DNA of 64,000 nucleotides from Octopus vulgaris (Eukaryota), in the NCBI GenBank assembly GCA_951406725.2, contig OX597814.1:65100001-65164000 (forward strand), written 5' to 3'. Position numbers and translations under genes: made by a program. The notes beneath the pieces were generated by a model. That model had not been told where the DNA came from, did no database searches, and saw only the letters and a program-made list of their open reading frames with translations. Below, one piece after another: positions 53,953-64,000 of the stretch (positions are counted from its first letter, which is position 1; each line of letters begins with the position of its first letter).

Positions 53953-55180
53953 GTCAAGTCATCCCACAAGTTCTATCCGTTTTTACCTTTTTTTAAATTG
54001 AATGAAATTTAATAGTATTTTAGTATGTCTAATGGAATTAAATATTATTTTTATGCATTTTTATACATTTAAACTAATTAAATATTATTTTACAGAATAA
54101 TAGAATTAAAATTTATTTGATTAAAACCCTTTCTAACATGGAAGTATCCAAAGAGCATTTGAAGCGCATAACTCTTTATGAGCGCAAAAAACGAAACTCT
54201 GCAGCCGAAGCGACTCGAAAGATACACTCAATTTATGGGAAAGAATGCTTGAATGAAAGAACTTGCAGAAGATGGTTTGTAAAATTCAGAAGTGGAAATT
54301 TCAGCCTTGAAAATGAAGATCAAACATGAAGGTGAAGATGATGAAGATCCAGTTGAGTTTGATGATAAGCTCCTTGAGGCATTACTTGAAGAAAATCCTG
54401 CATTAACAGTTGAAGAATTGGCAATAAAGCTTAGTTCAAACCATACAACCGTTCATCTTCATCTTCACCAACTTGGAAAGGTTCCTAATGTTGGAAAATG
54501 GGTGCCTCATGAATTGTCCGAAAGCAACCGCAAATCTCGAGTTGACATCTGCTCTTCTCACCATTCTCGTGAACTCATTTCACCCTTTTTGGATAGATTT
54601 GTGACTAGTGACGAAAATGGATCTTCTATCGAAATGTTAAACAGTGAGTTTGGTAAAAGGGAAAAATGCTTATCCACAACTGAAAAGGGAACTTCATGGG
54701 AAAAAGGTTCTTCTCTCAATCTGGTTGGATTGCACTTTGAATTGTTCAAACCTAATGCAACAATCAATGCTCAAGTCTACTGTCAGCAATTAGAGCGTTT
54801 GAACCAAGGACAATGCGCGACCCCACACTGCAAAGATCACATCACAGAAGATTGAAGAGCTTGGTTGGAAAAAATTTCCTTATCCACCTTATTCTCCCGA
54901 GCTTGCTCCTTCAGACTATCATTTGTTTCGTAGTTTACAGAATCATTCGGAGGACATAACTTTCGCAAGCCAGGAGGAGGTCGAAAATGATATTTCAGAG
55001 TTCTTCACTTTAAAACTAAAAGAGTTTTCCATTGATGGGATTAAAAAGCTTGTAAGTAGATGGAAAGAAGTCATAGAGAATCAGGGAAAGTACATTGATG
55101 GTTAAATTTCAATTAAATATATCATTTGATCACTTGTTTTCTTTATTCAAAATTCGGACAGAACTTATGAGATGACCCAA
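53953..55180 (+). mobile_element. Near full-length decayed mariner (frameshifted transposase 54138-55105)
   Basis: TIRs GTCATCCCACAAGTTCTATCCG and CGGACAGAACTTATGAGATGAC; MEVSKEHL, RTCRRWF, GKWVPHEL, VTSDE, DNARPH, PYSPELAPSDYHLFRSLQN. Confidence 0.92.
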
Positions 55181-55206
55181 TATATATCTATCTACATATA
55201 GATAGG

Positions 55207-55305
<99 letters not shown>

Positions 55306-56038
55306 CTAGCTAGATAGGTAGACAGATAGATATAGTGTGTGTATGTTTAAGGAGCTGAAACACCTCTCAATACTCAGATACATATAAGCACACATGCACA
55401 TACACTAAGTCTTTACCATTTATTTATTTATTCCGTCAACCCCTCCGTCTCACTTTCAATCTCTCTTTCTTTCTCTTTCCACCTCCCTTCTCTCTCTCTC
55501 TCTCTCTCTCTCTCAGACACATGCACACACACTTCTCTCTTCTCTCACGTAAACATTCAGAACACACTGGAACATAAGGAAACACACGCACACTTTTGGA
55601 ATCTCTTACGGAGCTGGCAGCTGATAAGCTATGGAATGCTGTGAGTTTGTGGTAGTTTCGGCTATTGCTTTGAACGCATCGGTCGTTTGTCTTAACCTCA
55701 TAGAATGGATGATGTGACGTCTTTCCTTGGCGGGCCGAGCAGAGAGGGCTGTGTTGAAATAACTAAGATAAACAAGAATACTGACTTTTTATCAACGAGA
55801 TATCTTTACGCATACGGTACGCAATATTTAATACCCTCCATAGATTCTAAGCTCTCCGTTTTACACAGCTACCCAAACACACACATGTACATTTTCTTTC
55901 TACTTTATCCATTTCTATAGTTTTGCTTTTTATTGCATTTTTTTCATGTTACTGTTTCGTTTGAGGAAACAGCTTTGTCTATTCCACATACATGCACAAT
56001 AGAAAGCAGAGAAATCCTGAAATGTCGGTATATTTTTC

Positions 56039-56095
<57 letters not shown>

Positions 56096-56152
56096 ATGTA
56101 TGCATACATATATATGTATATATATATATATATATACATACTCACACACACA

Positions 56153-56202
<50 letters not shown>

Positions 56203-56257
56203 AGTGTGTTATGTATATATAGATAGATACATATATACAGAGAGAGACGCGTGCGCG

Positions 56258-56291
<34 letters not shown>

Positions 56292-56419
56292 CATACAGCG
56301 AAATACTTATATGTATATACACATATAGAAATATCTATATATATTTATGCACACCTCGAATAATTCTGCTCTCTGTGGTCTCCTCATACAAAACAAAACA
56401 TTTCAAAAATTGAATCACC

Positions 56420-56830
56420 CCATGACTGATCTCGATGATTGGAACCGCCTTAAACAATTGAAAGACTGCTTTCTCCAGTGCCGCTGTGAGCGGTACAATA
56501 TATGCACGATATGTTGAATATACCATCAGCATTGCCCAAACGACCTCACCATCAGTTTCAGAATTCTTCAAGGCTAGAACCACGGTTCCCTATCAAATTC
56601 AAGATCACAACACAAATACATTGCAACATAATATCTTTTCCTCAACAGGCTCTGCCCTATTTAACATTGTTCCAAAACAGATCAAAGAGGAAAAGGATTC
56701 TATCATCTTTAAACGGAATCTGGACACATCCCATCAAGGGATACCAGATAAGCCACCTATACCTGGATACAACTCGATCAACTAGAACTCCCTACTCAAA
56801 TGGGTCATTATACTACAAAACTTGACTTGA
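56420..56830 (+). pseudogene. CR1/L2-like LINE 3' fragment
   Basis: NIFSSTGSALFNIVPKQIKEEKDSIIFKRNLD...IPDKPPIPGY, the typical F..G..LFN.LP...FK..LD C-terminus. Confidence 0.65.
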
Positions 56831-57021
56831 AAAGGACGTAGCAAATCCTATCAGGTGCATCTATAAGTTAGATAATTAGATATCGCTTGGGCCAAACATT
56901 GGTCGAAATATACATACATACATACATACATATATATACATATATATATGAAGATTTCTCTTGAATGAAACAGTTCTAGTCCTGTAGAAGCTCCTTCTAT
57001 ATATATATATATATATATATA

Positions 57022-57366
57022 TACTCTTTTTACTCTTTTTACTTGTTTCCCTTATTTGACTGCGGCCATGCTGGAGCACCGCTTTCAGTCGAGCAAATTG
57101 ACCCGGGGACTTATTTTTTATAAGCCCAGTATTTATTCTATCTGTCTCTTTTGCCGAACCGCTAAGTGACCGGGACGTAAACACACCAGCATCTGTTGTC
57201 ATACATATATACGACAGGCTCCTTCCAGTTTCCGTCTACCAAATCCACTCACAAGGCATTGGTCGGCCCGGGGCTATAGCAGAAGACACTTGCTCAAGAT
57301 GCCACGCAGTGGGACTGAACCCGGAACCATGTGGTTGGTTAGCAAGCTACTTACCACACAGCCACT
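57022..57366 (-). mobile_element. SINE family A, well preserved
   Basis: ...GCCACGCAGTGGGACTGAACCCGGAACCATGTGGTTGGTTAGCAAGCTACTTACCACACAGCCACT head; CTCTTTTA tail repeats. Confidence 0.9.
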
Positions 57367-57503
57367 AGAATCGTTATTTAAATATCGGACTTATCAAGTG
57401 ACCATTATGGGAATTATAATTAAGTGTATCTAAGAGATACCACTACGCTTGAAATAGCAGCCAAAACTTGACTCTCACGGTGCGGTATGAACTTTTAATG
57501 TAC

Positions 57504-57545
<42 letters not shown>

Positions 57546-57546
57546 T

Positions 57547-58140
57547 AGCGGGTCCAAAAGAGCAATGGTGGATTTAAAATTTTAATGATTTCCTTAAGTT
57601 TTTCAAAAACATGCATGAAATTTTGATACAATATGAAGGATATAATGGAAATTCATATGCACAAATTTTTCATCACCACTACATCACATATGAAGAATGA
57701 CATTGCTTAAATGGCAACCATTTTCGGCTTTGCACGCCCGTGCTCTTTCCAGAACTTGCACCATAACACCCTCAAGAGTTTCAGACCTCTTATTTCTCTA
57801 ATGATGTTCTTTTTCAGCTGCATTAGGGCCTCCGGTTTGTTAACGTAAACCCTATCTTTCAGGTATCCCTGATTAAGACCTTTTTGCACCCGGCCATTCT
57901 AAGTAGACCTCACTCATGTTACCACTAAGAGACCGCACACATGGTGCCGCAAGACAAACAATGCAGTTATTATGGCAGTGCTTTGGAGAGAAAATAATCT
58001 CCCGCCATGGCAATGCCAACTGGCCTTCACGTTCCTCAGACTTGACTAGCCCGGATTTATTCTTGTGGGGATAGAAATGGAGAGAGAATGGAAAAAAAAA
58101 CGGAGAAAAAAGTGTAAAGTTCAACGGTCCAGTATGGCAC
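57547..58140 (-). mobile_element. Deleted Tc1/mariner-superfamily element (maT/rosa-like C-terminus)
   Basis: GYLKDRVYVNKPEALMQLKKNIIREI and ERARACKAENGCHL* on the minus strand. Confidence 0.6.
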
Positions 58141-58258
58141 ATGACTGGAAGAAGAGAGGTTGAATGAAATGGAGATAATGATAATAATAATAATAATGGT
58201 AATAATAGTAATAGTAATAGTAATAGTAATAGTAATAATAATAATAATAGTAATAGTA

Positions 58259-58309
<51 letters not shown>

Positions 58310-58322
58310 GTGATAATAATTA

Positions 58323-58356
<34 letters not shown>

Positions 58357-58583
58357 TGTGGTGGTGGTGGTTGTATGGTGGTGATGATGATGATGATGAT
58401 GATAATAATAATAATAACAATAACAATAACAATAACCATAACAATAAAAATAACAATAACAATAACAATAACAATAACAATAACAATATTAATAATAATA
58501 ACAACAATAATAATAATAATAATAATAATAAAAATAACAATAACAATAACAATGACAATAACAATAACAATAACAACAACAAC

Positions 58584-58652
<69 letters not shown>

Positions 58653-58653
<1 letters not shown>

Positions 58654-59208
58654 GCCCTGATGCAGTACCAGGCAGTGGCTCTCATTGCTTCTGATCTTAA
58701 CTGATTGGAAGTGTTATCATGTACATTGTTTTGTCTTGGTATAAAAGATGGACTACAGCAAATATTCTGCTCAATACCACTGATTTGCTTGTCAGTTGTT
58801 TGACCTTAACCAGTTGAGCATGTCCCTTAGTGGCTGATGATATGTGCATCTCTGATCACGAGCAGAAGTAGTGGGGGAGCATCATAGCCATGTGTTGAGA
58901 GGGATTCTTTGGGGTTTGAATAATTTACCTCTGGAAACATGGGTGGTTCTTTCAACATCCTTAAACAACACTTATTCAGGGACCTTTTGAGCGGGATGGG
59001 CTACTCAACCTGAAGAAAATTCTAACTGGGTCCCACCTGTAAGGTCATGTGCTGTTTATCTTGATATGAGATCACCATGTCGCGCACATATGGTTGTGAT
59101 GCATGTGCCTGGTGTACCCTTATCAGACGGGTAGTCATGATGGGTATATTGGGCTTCGTATATTTTACCCCAGTGTCACTTTGATGGCATGAACTGCTCT
59201 CTCACTCA
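58653..59208 (+). mobile_element. Probable 3' end of an (AAT)n-targeting R4/Dong-like LINE
   Basis: Unique ~555-bp block embedded in (AAT)n on both sides, ending CTCTCACTC(AAT)n; adjacent to an R4-type coding fragment. Family assignment is inferred. Confidence 0.5.
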
Positions 59209-59223
59209 ATAATAATAATAATG

Positions 59224-59256
<33 letters not shown>

Positions 59257-59257
<1 letters not shown>

Positions 59258-59382
59258 GAGTGAGAGCAATACTCAAGACAGAGGCTGAATGCAAGAAACA
59301 GGATCGAAGCGATCAATAGATTAGCCATACCAGTCGTGACTTACAGTTTCAATATCGTTAACTGGTCAATTACTGAAATATG
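59257..59382 (+). pseudogene. R4/Dong-like RT thumb fragment
   Basis: RVRAILKT / LNARNRIEAINRLAIPVVTYSFNIVNWSITEI, homologous to 20380-20480. Confidence 0.75.
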
Positions 59383-59903
59383 TCTCCTCTCATAAGCTCG
59401 TCTTTCTGGCGTTCATAATAATTTTTCTATCGTCTTGACTTAGTTTGTTTTTACTGTATTGTTCTCACTGTCCTGTTCTTCTTACCGTTTTCACACTCCG
59501 CCAAAAATCTTAAATTTTATTTAAGTTGATTTCCGTGAGGGACTGTTTCAACGAAGTCACGTATTCTACTTGCCTATAACCGCGGATAGACAAAACAGGG
59601 ACAACTGATGAAGGGGAATGTTCTTTATGTTGATTGTCTCGTTTCTCTGTTTATTTGATTTTTCGTTGTTAGAAAAAAGTTCGTTTTCTATGTTTTTGTT
59701 TTTATATTTTCGTTTCTCATTGTGTTCAACGTTATTTTGACATCCTGTACACATATATGAATGTATATATACATATATATGTAGGTATGTACATATATGT
59801 ATGTATATTTTATTTTTATTTTATTTTTTATCCAGTTTCAGCCCACAAGCTGTGGCCATGCTGGGGCACCGCCATTTATATATGCATATATTTATATATT
59901 ATT

Positions 59904-59948
<45 letters not shown>

Positions 59949-59954
<6 letters not shown>

Positions 59955-60218
59955 CAGTTATCGATAAAGCTAATATGACAGTCCATAAATATAGGACGTA
60001 AGCTGCCGTTGATTAGCTTCAAGAGGTGATCGCCTCTAGCTAGCTATGTGACACACGTACTTGTGTCCATTATAGCCTTCGAACAGGGGAGGTTATAATG
60101 GACACAGGTTCGTGTGTCATATAGCTAACTAGAGGTGATGTCCTCTTGGAGCTAATGAACAGCAGCGTACGTCCTATATTTATGGACTGCCATATTAGCT
60201 TGGCGATAACTGTTAATA
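59949..60218. repeat. 270-bp imperfect palindrome abutting (TA)n
   Basis: ~130-bp arms TATTAACAGTTATCG...GCCTTC and GGAGGTT...CGATAACTGTTAATA with a ~7-nt apex near 60081-60087. Confidence 0.95.
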
Positions 60219-60351
60219 TCCAGTACCGCCTCTGTAGTCTCCATTAGAGTGACTTAGAAATAATAATAATAATAGTAATAATAATAATAATAATAATAAT
60301 GATAATAATTATAATAATAATAATAAGAAGAAGAAGAAGAAGAAGAAGAAT

Positions 60352-60410
<59 letters not shown>

Positions 60411-60418
60411 TAATAATG

Positions 60419-60480
<62 letters not shown>

Positions 60481-60524
60481 TTATATGGTCCAGCATTCGC
60501 CATAATTGATCGCTAGCCACTAAA

Positions 60525-60665
60525 CCTTTTTTATTTTCTCTCTCTACTTCTTTCTGTGTTCCTTTCTGTTGACGAGCGTAGGCTTGAAACTTAAAAACTT
60601 CCTCACTTCCCAAACGTTAAACTAATCTCCGTCTTTTGTTTTTCTTTTGTAAATTCTAACTATAT
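60525..60665 (+). mobile_element. Short Penelope-like element with decayed hammerhead-like core
   Basis: CCTTT-CTGTTGA-C-GAGCGTAGGCTT-GAAACTTA at 60561-60593; ends GTAAATTCTAAC(TA)n. Confidence 0.55.
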
Positions 60666-60711
60666 ACATATACATATATATGTACATACATATAATATAT
60701 ATACGTACATA

Positions 60712-60781
<70 letters not shown>

Positions 60782-61619
60782 TAAAAGAAATAAAACATAT
60801 GCATATATATATAAACATATATGTACGTACCTACCTCTACATGTACATATACACGCATATATGAGTACAAGACACCAAAGGGACGTCGAACACATAGAGA
60901 AACGAAAACATAGACACAAACCAAAGGAACAGGACATTTTTTTTAAAAACAAAAAAAAATGGAGTACAGGACAGTTAACACAATGAAAAAACCCCTTCTT
61001 CACTCGCTAAGGTTTCATCTACTCTACGTTTCGAAGGATAAAAGCGAGACGTATCTTCGACAAGAAACTTTCCTTCCTGCGAAAAGCAAATCAATTAAAA
61101 TTCTGAGATCTTTTCGCAGAGGGGTAAAAAATGGTAAAAAAATGGTAAAAAAACGAGACAGTAACGACAGTACAAAAATATAAACAGTAAAAAAAATATA
61201 TATATAAACAGTAAAAAATATATATATAACAGTAAAAGACAGGACAGGGAGAACAAGATAAGAAGGGCTGTTGACGCCGAACGAAAAAAGTATTGCAAAC
61301 GCTGAATTTTTTGTGACAACGAAGAGCAGGAAAAGTCGTCCAGTAGCCTTAAAAGGCGGGCGAGAAAGACCGTTAGCAGTTACGGCGGAAGTATCGTCGC
61401 AGATGGACGACGGGAATGAGGGAGGAGGAGCAAGAGGAAGGGAGAGAAGAAGGGGAAAGGTGCGAGGAGACCATGAAGAATGGTGAGGGGGAGAGAGAGA
61501 ATGAAGAATGAGAGAGAGAGAGAGAGAGAGGAAGAGACAAGTTAAGTGAGGGAAAAAAGACGAAAAGGGGATGGGATAGAAAGAAAGAAAGAAAGAAAGG
61601 GCAGAGTGCGCGTGCCGTC

Positions 61620-61804
61620 ATATATATATATATATAAACGACGGTCTTCTTTCAGTTTCTGTCTAGCAACTCCACTCATAAGGCTTTGGTTGGTCCGAGG
61701 CTATAGTAGAAGACAGATGTCCAAGTTTTCACACAACGGAACTGAACCCGGTCCCGTGTGCTTGGGAAACAAATTTCTTACTACACCGCCACACTCACGC
61801 CTAT
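61620..61804 (-). mobile_element. SINE family A, 5' half
   Basis: CTTTCAGTTTCTGTCTA...CCGAGGCTATAGTAGAAGACA...ACTGAACCCGG. Confidence 0.75.
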
Positions 61805-63512
61805 GCATATGATTATGTATGTTTGTATGTATGTATGTATGTATGTATGTATGCATGCATGTATGCATACAATGGATGTCCACCCGTGCCGGAAGAAAAC
61901 CATTATTGATCATTGTTCATCTAAAATGCCAGCTATGACTGCGCATGTATTCTTCTGGGTTTGCGTTCGCAGCACCCATGCTCACTGGGTGCTTTCCTAT
62001 ATGAAAGAATATCGTATTGACGCCTTGCGATTGCACAAGCTAAAGTTTTGAGCCCAATAAAGATCCCAGATCCTTTCCAGCCTCCTGACATTCCCGCCAG
62101 GGCAAGATAACCAGAGCCAATGCGGTTCGAAGGCTAAGGAATGTGGAGGCACCCTGATCTAAAGTGCAAGCAAAAGATACCTCAAATGTTCAATGCTATT
62201 CGCAGTATATCTCATTTGATATCAGTGATTTTCTCTTAGAAACAAGTTTTAAATGCTAAGGGTTGCCTTACACCCAGTGGTCTTCGAGCATGCCGGACAC
62301 CAACCTATAATATCGGAGGGCCTTTGCTATCGCTAGATAGTCGTTGAACCCACACTATGTTCATCTCTCACTTGTAAGGTCTCTCAAGTGTCGGGTCGAC
62401 GGTGAGCAACAAATTCAGCACTGTTCAAAAATATTTCAGGTTTGATGCTCCTATCTTTTCATAGAAATATAGTTCAGTGTGTCCTTCGATTTTTAAAGTT
62501 GATTTGAAGATTTCGCTGATATTTTTAGGAAGTAGCACAGTCGTGTAGTAACTCATTCGTTAACCGTAGTGCTGAAATATTCCACTTAGATATACTAGTA
62601 TAGATCTCGACAGATTTCTTGGAAGAGAATTGTGTGGCTTGAAAAATTAATTGCTATTTTAAAATTTAATATTTATATCATATAAATGGGCATGTTGCCC
62701 ATATAAAATTGCTTGGCTTAAAACTTGCAGTCTGATATCATATATAATACGATGAGGGTGGCTTTGAGAATTTAGTTACCTATATATGATTTTTTTCTCT
62801 TCAATTACTGAGGGGAATGTCGTTGTTAGGAGTAATAGAGAGAGCAATCTTTTTTTTTCTTTTCTTTGACTTATACTTTTGTCTAAAAATCACCAATTAT
62901 TTAAAACTTATTTCAACTGAACCGCATTCAATGAGAGGAAATCTAACCGAGTAGGTAGTCCATAGAATACACGTGAGAAAACAGAAACAATCATGGAAAT
63001 GACACCTTTGCTTGGAAAGTATTTTACACGTAATTTAACTTCTGCTTTCTGAAGTATACATTATATCCGAAGCTGTTTTCAAAGAAAGAAAACTCACTAC
63101 CACACACATAGAAACAAGTCATACACTCACACAGAGATACACATACATACAGAAACAGTCATGTTAAATATACACACACGAAAACAAACACAGCGGTCTC
63201 TTTAGAGGAGACAGGGAATTCTATGGTGGTATATGTAGGCTTCTATATCTCAGTAAGTATGACGTAGGTGAATACACACACACACATTAGATAATATGTA
63301 GGCAGAACAGGGCTTATACATACAATTTTGCATACAAAGAAGTACACATACGTACACAAGAATACATGTGCACCTAGGAATGCATATATGTATGTGTATA
63401 AAATATAAGACATTTTCTTCGAATGAATATATCAATCTATCTATATATGTATATACATATATATATTATATATGGTTGTGTATTTTTATACATACATATA
63501 TACACACACACA

Positions 63513-63631
<119 letters not shown>

Positions 63632-63723
63632 TTCCGTGTGTTCAGAAAAGTGTATATACGAATAGTCACCCTGTATATGTTCTGAAATGAAACACGATAA
63701 TACATACATACATACATGCATAT

Positions 63724-63762
<39 letters not shown>

Positions 63763-63844
63763 CATATATGTGTGTGGTTGAAATGTAACCACATGTGGAT
63801 CGATGGCGATTTTTTCCTCCTTCTTCCCTATCTCTCTGTCTGCT

Positions 63845-63879
63845 GTTTCTGAAGAAGAGCTTTGTTCGAAACGTAAAAC
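63845..63879 (+). ncRNA. Minimal hammerhead motif in a Penelope-like terminal repeat ending at (TA)n 63986
   Basis: GTTT-CTGAAGA-A-GAGC(TTT)GTTC-GAAACGTA-AAAC; stem I GTTT/AAAC, canonical core, GUA site. Confidence 0.7.
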
Positions 63880-64000
63880 TACCTTTCTTTCCTTCCCTGA
63901 GCGTCTGCTAATACTTTGCACATACCACGCACTCGCGTTGTTGTTTTTTCTTTTGTATTTTCTTCGTTTTTCTTTTAGATTAACTATATATATATATACA

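Noticed and set aside
61020-61068. Minus-strand TTGTCGAAG...CTTCGAAACGTA motif
   Set aside because: Probably a decayed Penelope-type motif, but core and stem I are too degenerate to call.
61870-62450. Possible L1/Tx1 3' remnant or exon
   Set aside because: Only vague motif resemblance; not supportable.

Overview
AT-rich, gene-free eukaryotic DNA (intergenic or intronic), saturated with microsatellites and transposon debris. The SINE families and repeat landscape look like an octopod cephalopod (Octopus-like); this is from recognition, not a search. I found no host exon, rRNA, true tRNA or CRISPR array, and almost all supplied ORFs are microsatellite artefacts. Identifiable elements: a near-intact mariner (34104-35394, one frameshift) and several decayed ones; a mariner derivative with ~200-bp inverted ends; a deleted piggyBac with a nested SINE; R4/Dong, CR1/L2 and Tx1/L1-like LINE fragments; Helitron/Helentron-like elements; and many tRNA-derived SINEs. 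The most striking signal is a dense set of short, ORF-less, often foldback Penelope-like derivatives anchored on (TA)n tracts. They carry type I hammerhead ribozyme motifs (about a dozen, of several designs, including a recurrent non-canonical CUGUNGA core). Alongside them are an inverted pair of Penelope GIY-YIG remnants and several local templated duplications at (TA)n tracts. All coordinates and pairings were read by eye.
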